Origin: Batkoa obscura
Lineage: Eukaryota
DNA length: 64,000 bases
NCBI GenBank assembly: GCA_030770535.1
Contig: JASVEC010000002.1
Span: forward strand, 2,046,001-2,110,000
Direction of reading: 5' to 3'
This document shows positions 1 to 12,315 of this stretch, one piece after another. The stretch's first letter is position 1, and each line of letters begins with the position of its first letter. Below the pieces are notes generated by a model, which had not been told where the DNA came from, did not search any database, and saw only the letters and a list, made by a program, of their open reading frames with translations. Made by a program: the position numbers and the translations under genes.

Positions 1-45
1 TATAAATAATGGAAAAATTATCCTTGATCACTACAATTTCTTGCA

Positions 46-153
46 ATGAATACTAAATTATTTATTCTTTATATTGCCATCATTATTGCAGCGCCAGTTG
101 CTCCTATTGGTGGTCCGGTTAGGCTATTTGGATTACTCCCACCACCACTGTGA
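46..153 (+). CDS. Small secreted Pro-rich peptide, family type B (MNTKLFILYIAIIIAAPVAPIGGPVRLFGLLPPPL*); may be truncated by a frameshift
   Basis: ATG at 46, hydrophobic signal ending in AAP, TATAAA at 1-6; N-terminus homologous to the peptide at 26797; too short for the ORF track. Confidence 0.55.
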   Translation: MNTKLFILYIAIIIAAPVAPIGGPVRLFGLLPPPL

Positions 154-866
154 AATCTGGTACTCAGGGTTTGGAGTCAAGAACAGCTATTGCTGGGTTG
201 ACTACACTATAAGTCGAAAGGTCTTAGTTTATGTGACTAAGATAGACTTGGATTATGAGGAATAGCACGTAATAGGTTACAAGCTATATAAGACAAATAG
301 AATAGACAATACTAATGTAAAATCTATGTAAAATACTATTAAGAAAACTTAGTGGCTTTATTAAATGTTCGAGATATCAGGGATTAATTCAGTTAAAAAG
401 CCTCGAAGTATTATACTCTGTAAACTCTTTTATACTCTGAAAAGTATAAGTATCAAAATAAGAAGATAATGTTCTTTGGGATGGAGCTAGAAATTCTCAT
501 AACAAATCAAAATAATTAACCATGGGACTGACAAAGCGATATTTCACAACCACCACCAAAACCTTTATAGGATGGAAAAAGTTAATGCTACTAAATTAAA
601 TGTTAATACTTTACTCTTGCTATTCAAACATTAAAATTTACTGGAATGTTAAATATTGAAGGAACTTTAACTTTCTACGTCTATTAAATTTTATGGAAGG
701 ATTATCAAGTAATAGTTTTCTACTATATTGGTTTTGATTTATTACTTATTATATAAATGAGTTGGGAATACATTTGAAATCACTATTTTTAGTAAATATA
801 TAAGATTCACTTGTTCAAATATTCATTATGGATAATACTATATATGGTATTAAATAATTTAATATA

Positions 867-1070
867 CTAAAGTTTGATGGCTGGAGGAGCAGTAACTGGA
901 GTGGCAACTCCCGATGGGTTAACTGGAGGTGCAGGAACTGCTTCTTTGTTTCTGAAATTATTTGGTTACAGTATCAAGAGCCTTAGAAATATCTAAAGCA
1001 TTACCATTTTTGACAATGGCTAGGCAAGAAAGATACTAGCAATAAAGACAGCAATTGATTTAGTATTCAT
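867..1070 (-). pseudogene. Degenerate paralog of the small secreted Pro-rich peptide (type A)
   Basis: Reads MNTKSIAVFIASIFLA, frameshift, AIVKNGNALDISKALDTVTK*, frameshift, EAVPAPPVNPSGVATPVTAPPAIKL*; collinear with 26797-27060 including a similar 3' flank. Confidence 0.7.
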
Positions 1071-1090
1071 TCCTGGGTTGTTTAGTAGAT

Positions 1091-1188
1091 GGGGATGTAT
1101 TTTTGTATTTAAGAATTTTACTAACAATTTTTCCGCTCAAATAGTGCTCAAAAATGGAAAAAGTGATGAATCCAAAAAAAACATCCCT
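1091..1188 (+). mobile_element. ~98-bp MITE, copy 1
   Basis: GGGGATGTATTTTTG...CAAAAAAAACATCCCT termini; flanks AGAT/ATAT. Confidence 0.85.
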
Positions 1189-1252
1189 ATATGTTATCTT
1201 AGCTCATTTTGAAATATGATTATAATTATTTTCATTTCTAATTAGATATTAT

Positions 1253-1282
1253 TTCATTCATTCATTCATTCATTCATTCATT
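1253..1282. repeat. (TTCA)n microsatellite, ~7.5 units
   Basis: Read directly from the sequence. Confidence 0.9.
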
Positions 1283-2335
1283 AGTAGTTTATTGTTTTTA
1301 AGCTATAAGGAGTAACTTTACTTTATTACTCACCTTCAGTTATGAATATATTCAGCTATAATCTTAAATCTTTTGATTATATTATATTGTTGCTGAAATG
1401 ATTATTTCATATGTAACATAGTTAACTATTTTTTTAATTTGGATTTTTTTTAAAAGTTAGTCAATGAGGTAATTTCCTTTTTTTAGCTAATTAATTCTAA
1501 TAAAAGCTAGATTTGCTTTTTTTTGCTAGATTAAAAAAGTTAACTTTATCTAGAATCTATAATAATTGAAGTGACTGCTTTAAAAATAATTGTAATCGGT
1601 GATTTTTTATATTAAAATAAAGCACTATAATCAACAAACTTTAAGAAAGTATATATATCCCTGAAAGATAGGCTATAATCCTATAATTAAAATGAATAAA
1701 GTGGTTATTTTTTTATTAAATTTTATAGCACTGTTATCATCCCGACCACATGAAGATCTTGATAAAATTAAACAGATTGCAAAAGGAATTAATCTTGAAT
1801 ACCTTCATGGGAATGGACTCAGTCAAATATCGGGCTCCCCTTAATTTATCCTTATTATAATTAATAAATTATTATCTTAACACTCATCAATTTTAAATGT
1901 CAATGGCAATAGCTTTATAAATTATTGCTAAAGGTGTTAAGTAATGTAATAAAGTTTGAAATAAGATCATAAATAATGGTATAACTTATATAGATAACAT
2001 AAAAGCAAAGATAAACATAAATAATAAACCGGTTTTATGCTATGTTTATATAATAAAATCACTATAATTATAATACAAAAAATATAAGTAAGCCAAGATT
2101 GATAAATTAATTAGCTGATAAATTAAAATTAAAGATTCAATTACAAATGACTTCAATACCAACTTTTGATTTAATAATTGGATTGATTTGGCTTGTTTGA
2201 TTATGATAAATGAAATAATGAAATTGTTAGTTTAGGAAAACCGTAACGACAATACCAAAGCTATATAAATACACTTTAAATCAAAACTAAACTTCAAAAA
2301 TCTTCTTTTATTAATAGATCGTGATTTTAACACAA

Positions 2336-2965
2336 ATGATTTTAAACTTCATCTTACTCACTGTTCCACTTTTACAATATTGTATTACCCAACAGTTTCC
2401 AAATAATGGTGGTGGTGGCTCCAACCTTGGGAACCCTATGCCAATTGGACCGAACCTAGGCCAAGGTCAATTGAGCCCCAATTCTGGCCCACCAAACCCA
2501 AATGGGAATCCAAATGGGAATCCAAATGGTGGTGGCATGGGTGATATCATGAATATCTTTCCAAGTTCGATTGGGGATACATTAAATAATGCAATCAAGT
2601 CCCAACAAGAACAACAAGCGAAAGATAAAGCAAGTCCTACTGCTGCCGCTAATGGTGACCCAAATGCTAATGATCAGCAGCAGCAACAACAACCTCAACA
2701 AACACCAGCACCTAGCCCAACTGGAATGAGAGGAACTTTAGATTTACCAAATAGTAAAGATAACCCAAATAACGCAAAGTAAGTGTTCTTTAAAATCTTT
2801 AAATATGTAACTCATAATTTTAGCGTTAAAAACTCATTAAGTTCAAACAGTAGTAAGAAGACTATACCAACTGGTAGTGACTCTAAGCCAGCTAGTTCTT
2901 CCATTAAGTCCATCGTAGATTCTAAATACTGTTTAGTGTTACTTTTAATCGTATTGTTAAAATAA
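2336..2965 (+). CDS. Secreted G/N/P/Q-rich low-complexity protein, putative GPI-anchored surface protein; intron 2779-2823
   Basis: Signal peptide MILNFILLTVPLLQYCITQ; NPNG repeats and poly-Q; GTAAGT...TTTAG intron joins ORFs 2321 and 2783 in frame; Ser-rich region then hydrophobic tail YCLVLLLIVLLK*. Confidence 0.7.
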
Positions 2966-3415
2966 ATGTAAAATAGCTGTATTAAAAATACTTTTATTAG
3001 TATCATGTATACTATATTCAGTATAACTATCTTATTTTATTTTACTTTAATAAATACTACGTCTTCTAATACTACTATACAATTAAAACAAGCTCTGGCT
3101 TTACTTTATGTATCTAAATGCCAACCAATATTAAAAAACATGCGCAATTTATACTTTAAGTATTAAACCTCATCAAGTTGTCTAACTTAAGTTACATATT
3201 TTATTGTGGCAAATAAGAGAATAGGTGTTAGCTTTCATGAGAACTCCAAGCATCATGATTTTGAACCAATTATTTAAAAAAGGTATATTTATTGATTTCT
3301 ATAGGCTAAAAAGCTGGAGAAATTAAGAATAGAGTATTTAAAGCATAACAAAGAAATTTAATTGATAATGAAAGCCAGTTGTGTTTGAAAAATGTGACTA
3401 TAAATTAATATATAT

Positions 3416-3512
3416 GGGGATGTATTTTTGTATTTAAGAACTTTATTAACAACTTTTCCACCCAAATAGCGCTTAAAGATGGAAAAAGTAATGAAGTCAA
3501 AAAAGCATCCCC
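3416..3512 (+). mobile_element. ~98-bp MITE, copy 2
   Basis: GGGGATG...CATCCCC termini; ATAT/ATAT flanks. Confidence 0.9.
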
Positions 3513-4468
3513 ATATGGTGTTGATAAGCTTTTATAAAAGAGACAAAAAATAGTCAGTTTATTTTAAAAAGCTTTTAAAACAATAGATAATAAAACTATA
3601 ATAAACAATGTGTATTTATTGTAAAAAAACGAAACTGATTATAACTATAAGAAGAATTAACAAAGTATAAAGATAAAAATAAAAATTTCATACTGTCAAA
3701 GTATTACTGTTAAAAAAATGATTAGTTGAGTTGATTTACATAAAAGATTAATTAACAAATATAAAAGCTTATAAGCTATTTAAATAATTCAAGTGATAAA
3801 GTAAAGAGTTTTATGCTAATAAAGTAGATTTTTTATAAATCATCGTAAGTATTGATTGGAGCTATTCAAACAACACTTCTTAAAGTTTGATATATTAATA
3901 GTACTATATCCAACTATATCTTGAAGTTAGCATAATATAATAAATGAATAAACTTTATTGAATGATAGTTGATTTGACTTGAATCTTTCGTGATTGGTTT
4001 TAATGGATATAAGGAAACTATTTTTATAGAAGCTAAACTCCATATATACTATCATTTATAGGAATATATATTGCAAATTGCATCTAAATCGTATTAATAA
4101 TTTAACTAGCTAAAGCCAATGAATTATTAAACTAAACTAATTGGCTAGCTAAGTTCCTATTACGCGATAGAGGAATTTTACTAGAATTTAGCGTGTTTTT
4201 TTTTCAATTTCAAATTGAGTTTGATCAAAATTTAAATTTAATGTTTCTATTTAATTGGCTATTCCTAGTTGATGATGAAAGTCAATTGAATAAAGCAGAA
4301 TACTAAAGCTATGTGCCCAATCCTTAATACTATTCATTAGTATCATTGGTTTATAATACGATTAAGTATTATTATTGGATGATGACTTAGAAAACTAATA
4401 TTAATGATTATGATTTTATTTTTTTATTTTTTTTAAATTGGATCAAGAAATATTGCTTACCTTAGGCA

Positions 4469-5802
4469 ATGTCAAAATTATCAATCGAAGTAAAGGAAAA
4501 TTCTGAAAAAAGAGCCCCATTTAAGCATATGAGTAGCTCGAAGCCATCTTTCGTCATTGAGGGCTCCATTGAAGATCCAGTGTTTATTGGCCGACACGAA
4601 AAGTGTACTTATCAAATTAGTAAAGATTCCAAAAAGATTTCAAGAAACCACTGCATCATCCGCTATGACAAAACAACTAATAAGTTTTTAATGAAAGTCA
4701 TGGGTGCTAACGGTATAAAGTATCATGGTAAAATGCATCAGAAGAATGACATAATTCAATTAAGTGATGAAAGCATGATTGATTGTGTAGGTATAAAGCT
4801 ATTGTTTAAAGAACCAAAAATGGAAATTGAAGAAACAATATTACCAATATTTTCTCCATCCTCCCAGTCTGAAGTTTCAGATTCTAACGTAATGGATGAT
4901 GCTTTAATTACTGTAACTAAAGTAAAAAGAAATTTTTCTGTAGATTCTTGTGATAATATAAGTGTAGGTAAAGAAGTAATGGAAGTTAAAAAATATGAGG
5001 TGAAAACCAGTTTATTTAAAGAATCTGAAAGCATTCTTACTCCTTTATCACAGCCTCAAAAGAATAAAACCAATCGAGCTTTAGCAATGTCCCCTACTAT
5101 GAATCCCTTTAAAGATAGAGCTGAAAATAAGCCAGCTACTGATATTATTGGTAATCCATCTATTTATTATTTAAGTCTATTTCAAACTATTTACCTATAG
5201 ATGATGTTAACACAGTAGAGAAAGTGCGTAAAAGAGTATATCAAAGTTCACCACTTTTCAAATCTGAACCAAAGAGTGTATTTATAAAGACACACTCAAA
5301 AAGCGATAGTTTAGATAGTCATCCAGAAAAAATAATGAAAAAATCAGAGCACAGAAAGACACCATCGACTGGTGACGTACTAAATAATACGAGAATGATT
5401 ACACAAGCTACATGTACAAAGGATGATGAGCTTTTGATTGATTTAATATTACAAACTTTTGCAGAGATGGATAAACGAACTCCAGTATCTTTATCACAAC
5501 TTCATTCTGAGCTTTCTAGAGTATACCCTGAAACTTTTACTCAGGATTTCCTCAAAGAAAGATTAGACACTTTCCCAATGTTTACCGAGGTACCTCATAA
5601 TGGACCAATACCTTCCTATGTTAAGGATGAAGCTGCATATTATTATTATTTGCCAAGCAAAGATTGGAATCAAAATCGTAGAATAGAAATTGGTACTTTA
5701 ATTCGTAAACCTAGAGGCTGCACATTATCTTCTAAACAATACTATTTTAAGCCACCACCTAAACTTCCTAAATATCACCAAACTAAGAGCCGTAAAAGTT
5801 AA
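4469..5802 (+). CDS. TOS4: FHA-domain protein of the Tos4/Plm2 family; intron 5151-5200
   Basis: N-terminal FHA (IGR...ISRNHC...GANG); C-terminal YYYLPSKDWNQNRR...RGCTLSSKQYYFKPP resembles the conserved Tos4/Plm2 tail; intron joins ORFs 4469 and 5224 in frame. Confidence 0.7.
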
Positions 5803-6304
5803 CTTGATGTCTCATAAGCACTTATTACTTAATTATACTTAAAATCGCTTTTTATTTTTGTGTTTTACTTATCTTTATTAAGTTTAGGTTTGTTTAGCTT
5901 TTCATTTTATAATAAATTTTTGTATTTATAATTTATTATCAACTATCATACTATGTTATGTCAAACCAATAGTAAATAGGTCAAATATAATTTTTAACTT
6001 AGTTTAATAGTTAAAAATTATATTTCAATTTTACTTTATTGATAAAGAATGTTTTATATGTTAAATAAATTTTAGTTTGAAACACTTTTAAGCAATCTAA
6101 TGACTAAAAATCCAAGTTTAATTTTCAAAGGGGCTGTGTGAATAATTGTTTGACTAAAGTAAAAACAATTATTAGAATACTAATTAAACAAACAAAGTTA
6201 AAAAAAACTCTTTTAAATAATAAAGGATGGGGGGTCCAAGGATCAAAAAAAGATTATAAAATAAGAACTATTAAACGAAATAAAAATAAACTATTAAATA
6301 AATA

Positions 6305-7240
6305 ATGACTAGCTTAGACATTGGCCCAAGGGATGTATCGATGAGCAAAAAGAAAAGTTATGAGAGGGAACGTGGGTTCCAAAGACCACGTAGTAATTCT
6401 TTAGTACTAACATCTTTACCAAATAAAAAGATGGGGTTAGTCAACCTAAATACCAATAACAAGAACATCAACGAACCTGAAGATTTACTATTACTAGATT
6501 TATTATTTAAGTCGATAAGCGATAAAAATTACCAAACTATTGACTTTTTGTTGAAAAATTTAAATAGTAAACAATATTTAATCAACTCTAGTTATAAAGA
6601 ATGGGACCAAAGCGAAGTCAAAACAATGAAAAAGGTGGGACCTATGACTTTGTTAGCTAAAGCTTGTTATTTAAATGACCTTGGTATAGTTATCCTTTTA
6701 AAATCTCGTGGAGCAGACTTGAACTTATTTAATGGATTAGCTTTGAGAGTAGCTGTAGACCAAAGAAATTTAGAAATTGTACAGTATCTTATTTCCAATG
6801 GAATACTATTGCCAAAATTAAATCCAGAGCAGTTCCAGCACCCGTTAACGCTTGCTGTTAAAGAAGGGGATTTAGAGATGATGAATTTATTATTATTAAC
6901 ACCAATTAATAATAAGGAGTGTATTGATAAAACAATTTTTGACCATTTGTTATTTAATGCTTGTAAAGAGGGACACTACAATATTGTATTAATTGTATTA
7001 GAAAAATACCAACAGTTTAATTTCAAGTTAGACTTTAATCCAAAATTTAAACCCCTTTATTTAGCTATGGAAAATGGCCATTATCAAATTGTTCGTCTTT
7101 TGTTAGATAAAGTATTCGATCCAATTTCCTCTCCATTATCTTCCTCTCCCTCTTTATCTCCTATTTCTGAAATAATACAACTTGATGTTGACTCAAAGGA
7201 AAAATTAATAGAACCTGTAGAGTTCAAACTACCTGCTTAA
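6305..7240 (+). CDS. Ankyrin-repeat protein, 311 aa
   Basis: Ankyrin-like units (LAKACYLNDLGIVILL, LTLAVKEGDLEMMNLLL, PLYLAMENGHYQIVRLLL). Confidence 0.8.
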   Translation: MTSLDIGPRDVSMSKKKSYERERGFQRPRSNSLVLTSLPNKKMGLVNLNTNNKNINEPEDLLLLDLLFKSISDKNYQTIDFLLKNLNSKQYLINSSYKEWDQSEVKTMKKVGPMTLLAKACYLNDLGIVILLKSRGADLNLFNGLALRVAVDQRNLEIVQYLISNGILLPKLNPEQFQHPLTLAVKEGDLEMMNLLLLTPINNKECIDKTIFDHLLFNACKEGHYNIVLIVLEKYQQFNFKLDFNPKFKPLYLAMENGHYQIVRLLLDKVFDPISSPLSSSPSLSPISEIIQLDVDSKEKLIEPVEFKLPA

Positions 7241-7302
7241 ATAATAATAATAATAATAATAATCTTATATATATCAAAAATAAAATTATTTAGATTGTAA
7301 AT

Positions 7303-8555
7303 TTATTGTTTAAAAAAATTATTTCTTTTAAGTTCTAGAAAGGTTTTATAAGGGGGTTCTATAGGTTTTTGTTGAGGATCTAAAGGTTGGTAGTTGCTGC
7401 CATTTTCCTATAAAAAATCAAAAAATGTTTAAGGAAATTGATTTAATACTTACTGGTAGTGGATAGGTCCTATCTGAATCAAATCCGTCTCTATCTCCAC
7501 ATGCCACAAATGGTATTGTGACAACGTTTTCACCTGCCATATTGTTCATTTCATCTAAAAATAATATTTAACAATATAAACTAAACGATAAACTTAAAAA
7601 ATACCATAACACTCATCCAACAAAGGTAATTGCATAGTAGGACAATAATCTTTTGGTATTTTAAAACCACTGCATAAAACAAATCCTTCTAATAAGATAT
7701 ATAATTGTTATTAAATTAATGAAAATGTTATAGGCTAATAAACATACCAATACTTGAATTTCTTGATGCTCTAGGCTTACAAAGTGTAACATCGGAAAAG
7801 AAAGTTTTAAGCTTCTTACATAACAATGGGAAGTTTTTGCCTCTAAACACTTTAGCAATAAAGCTACCACCATCTCTTAGTATATGTATTGTAATATTTA
7901 AGGCCTTAATGTTATCAATTTGATCGTATAAAGAGGGTTAAAAAATTTACTGCTAAGACTAATTGTGCTTGAATATATTCGTCCATATCATGTAAATTAA
8001 AAACTATAAGATTAATTAATTGTAAGATAAATTGAATATTTCTTACCATCTGGTGCGCCATCGCATACAACTAAATCAGCTCTTTGCCCTTTAAATTTGT
8101 CTAATATTAAAGTGGCTGTTTGCAATTCAGTAATATCTCCTTGAATTTCAAGTACATTTGGTAAAGGCGCCTAGTTGTATTAGTAAATTATATAATTAAA
8201 TCAAACTTTTATTACCATAGCTTGTAAATCTACAGCAATAATTGGGAATGCTTCTTTATCCTCTGTTCCACTAGTTGTTTAATTACTATTGTTCAAAACT
8301 ATATCATATAGCTCACCTCATCTTTTTAGTTAATACTTGACACCATGAACCTGGTGCTGCACATAAATCGACTACTCTTTTGGAATCTTTTAATTTTTTA
8401 GTTATTTGAGTGACCAAATTTGTTGTTTCGTTACCTTTAATAATATCAAATTCCTCATCTATTTGTAGCAGTTTAAAAGCAGATCTAGCTCTATATCCCT
8501 TCTCTTTTGCTAATCTATAAAATATATCTCTTTTATCTTTACTTGTTTTACCCAT
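7303..8555 (-). CDS. TRM7: tRNA (Cm32/Gm34) 2'-O-methyltransferase, FtsJ family, multi-exon
   Basis: [89 protein letters not shown]. Confidence 0.93.
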
Positions 8556-8710
8556 TTAATAAAAAATACGAAATTCGAATATTTTAGTAAATTATTTGAA
8601 TTCCGTTGATTGATAGAACAACCAATAAAACCAACTCTTTATTCAAGGGGATAATTTTGTGTCGAAAACAAATTTTGTTAACTTAAAGTATTCTCCTTTT
8701 ACTATAAATA

Positions 8711-9443
8711 ATGGCTAGTTTAGCAGGTTATTCTAGTACCATATCAGCAGAATCAACTGTAAATATGGATAAGCTACCGCATATTTTATATAGAGAGAAT
8801 AGAACACCTAATGTACGTAAAATTCAACTTGATACTAGTTTCTTAGTTTGGGGATGCTTGTATACTCTATGTAATTCAGTAGATGATATGATATTATCGT
8901 TTCCAACTAAAAAAGTAACTTTTGGAAGATCAGGAAATAACGATTATATGTATTTTCAGCTTTTATCAAAATTTGTTAGAATTTTAACAAAGGTATTTTT
9001 AGCTTTAATGATGAAATGATCAGTGGCCACCACTTTAAAATAGCTGCATTCAAAAACGAACATACTAAAAGAGAAGGACACAATTTTTCAGCTTTTATCA
9101 GAGATCAAAGGTAAAAGATGTTAGATATTTTGCTTTGAATTTCTGTTGACTTTTTTATAGTAGTAATGGAGTGCTGTTAAACGGTAAAAAACTGAGTAAA
9201 AAGGGTTACCAGTTGCTTCGAGAAAATGATGTCATACAACTACAAATTAAAGATAATAGTAGATATAGTCCACATAAATCATTGTGTAAATTGATTTGAT
9301 TTTTAACCTTATTTTTAATTGTTTATTTCTTTAGGGTTCATCTTTAAATCAAGGCCTGTAGAAGTAAGTTTATTTTTTCATTTTTTCATTTTATATAATT
9401 TTGTTAGGATAAAAGTACTATTGAAGTTCCTGAAGATTTATAG
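8711..9443 (+). CDS. Stand-alone FHA-domain protein (~178 aa, 5 exons); Chk2/Cds1-like FHA without a kinase domain
   Basis: Exons 8711-8949, 9003-9110, 9161-9285, 9335-9363, 9408-9443 splice in frame: WGCL...FGRSGNND...ISGHHFKI...AFIRDQSSNGVLLNG...LRENDVI; stop at 9441-9443. Confidence 0.75.
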
Positions 9444-9743
9444 TCTAGTGTTTTATTACTCTTTTTTGAGGCTTTTATTAATAAAATTTTAAATCAATTT
9501 TGAATATTATCACTTAAACAGCTTTTGTCTGACTTAACATATTTGATAGTTGATGTGTTTTCATTAGATTCAATACATAGCGTTTTGAATTTTTTAGATA
9601 CATGTTCTTGCCAAGCCTTAGTCTTATATAGAATAAATTCTTTTAAAAATAGGGTTGCTAAATACAAAAGAATGAAGTCGCCCCAAGCGAAAAAAATCAG
9701 AATTTAAAAAAAAAGCAAAAAATATTTTCAACTTTTAATTATA

Positions 9744-12030
9744 ATGACAAGAGGAGCACAAGAAGCACCAGCAGGTATCATAAAAAGCATACAAAACAGT
9801 AAAGTACTATTAGTGGGAGCAGGAGGGATAGGATGTGAAGTGATTAAAAATTTAGTATTAATGAATTTTCCATATATTGAAGTGGTAAATAAACAATACA
9901 TTATAATGCCGTAAAACTAATGTTCAAAAAATATAGGTGGATCTTGATACTATTGATTATTCTAATTTAAATAGACAATTTTTGTTTCAAAAAAAGCATG
10001 TGAAACAGTCAAAAGCTTTAGTAATACAGGTTATATTTAGGATTTTAACTTTTTTAACAACAAATTAGGTTGCTGCTAAAGCAGCTCAAGAGTTCAATGC
10101 CAATGTAAAAATAGTACCACATCATGCTAATATTATGGATGAAAAGTTTGATTTAAATTGGTTCAAAACTTTTAATATAGTTTTTAATGCTTTAGATAAC
10201 TTGGGTAACTTTTTGCTAAAAACATCTAGAGAAGTAAATATTAATTTTAAAAAAAGAGGCTCGACGATATGTTAATAGAATGTGTTTACTATCTGATACA
10301 CCTCTTATAGAGTCTGGTACAGCTGGATACTTTGGTCAATCAACTGTGATTAAAAAGGTAAAAAATATTTTATTTGATTATGCTTTGATTATAAATATGT
10401 TCTTCGATAACTAATAACCAAAGTAGAATGTTACCGAGTGTTTTGAATGTGTACCAAAAGAAACACCAAAAACATTTCCAGTTTGTACTATTAGGTTAAC
10501 TCCTTCTTTACCTATCCATTGTATCGTTTGGGCTAAAAGTTATTTATTTAAGTAAATTTTATAAGTATGTCTTTATTCGGCTATTTAATCAATTATAGTC
10601 AGCTTTTTGGTGAAGAAGAAGAGAATTTAGATAATGAGATCAATGATGACAACCGTAATATTATTTCAATCCAATTAAAATAATTTATTTGTTATTATTA
10701 GGTACCGAAATCGAAGAGTTGAAAAAAGAAACACAAGCCTTAAATGAGATTAAAAATGCAATGGCAACAGACGACTTTATAAAATTAATGTTTAATAAAG
10801 TGTTTACTGACGATATTATTAAAACTTTACAGTTTGAGGAAATATGGAAAAACAAGACTAAACCAACCCCATTAAAATATGAAACTATTGATGAAAAAGC
10901 TTCATCTGTTGAAATTACCAGCAATGGCACTTTATTCGAAAATAAAAAATTAGAGCTTGAAGAATCTTTCAAGTTATTTAAAGAAAGGTAAATAAATATC
11001 TTAGAAACTTAATTCTATAATTATTTTTAAGTGCTCGGGCTTTAGCAACTCGTATCCAAAGTATGAAAGAAAGCAACTCCAGCGCCTCAATGTCATTTGA
11101 TAAAGATGATGATGAAATGTTGAAATTTGTAACTGGAGCTTCAAATCTAAGAGCTCATATTTTTAATATCCAAACTAAAAGCATTTTTGAGGTTAAAGGT
11201 AAAATATATTTAATTTGATAAACTTTAAATATATTAACCTTATTAGCTATGGCTGGTAATATCATTCCTGCTATTGCTACAACCAATGCAATTATAGCAG
11301 GTGTTATGATCACCAGCTCATTTAAGATACTAAGATCTCAAATTGAACAGTGCAAAACGGTAAAAGTTTAATTGTACTTTTAATGTTTTATCTAACTTTG
11401 AAAGACATTTTTAGTTTATGGAAGTAATCGCCCAAGATTACTTTATACTGAATGTTTAGCTCCGCCTAAGCTGGATTGTGCTATTTGTTCTAGTGATGTA
11501 TTTTGTGTCTCGTTTGATTTATCCAAAAACACTATAAACGATATAATTACTGAATCCCTTAACGGAGTTCAAAAAGCACTAGAGAGGAGCAATGTAGAAA
11601 TTTTTCCCGAAATAGATTGGGATGAAGTTAAAGAAAATTTATCAGTAGTAGAAGGGTCAAGGTAATCCATACATATATAATTTTAAATTGCTTCATAGTT
11701 ATTTTATTCAATAGAATTTTATACGATTTTGACTTGGAAGAAAATTTAGAAGCTACATTGTCTTCTTTAAATGTTAATTATAGATCTCAAGTGACAATTA
11801 ATTTTGATATAGAATATTTAAAACCATTACATTTATATATCGATAAATCGAAAAATGGAAAGATGCGAAGAAAATTAGTTGTAAAAGATGAAGATTTTGA
11901 TAAACTTGTAATAGTGGATAAGGCAACTAAGAGGGAAAGAGAAAGTTCTGCAAGTCCATCTCATAAACGCGTAAATTCAGAACTTAAAAATCTAAGTGTT
12001 GATTCTGATGATGATCTTATTATGCTATAA
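9744..12030 (+). CDS. UBA2: SUMO-activating enzyme E1 catalytic subunit, multi-exon
   Basis: [44 protein letters not shown], catalytic [38 protein letters not shown]. Confidence 0.93.
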
Positions 12031-12315
12031 TTTCATATTGATAGAGTACATAAGCTGATTCGTTATTCATTTGGGGAATATAAATAAAATATCTTTAGCT
12101 CTGAATAGTCTGGTTTAATCAATAATTCTATGGGTTATATAATATCAATTATGTAAATTTATATATTTACACTTATATTTAAAAATTCTGATTTATTTTA
12201 TGTTATATAATAAAGAAACTAAAAATAAAATAGACTTGATACTAATTACCTTTTTAAACTATATATTTATTTATATCAAAATCAAAAACTTACATGTTAC
12301 ACAAATAATATTACA

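Noticed and set aside
74..265. 63-aa ORF from the track
   Set aside because: Non-ATG start; shadow frame of the peptide gene starting at 46
7780..7830. Suspected frameshift in TRM7
   Set aside because: On re-reading the frame is continuous ([17 protein letters not shown])
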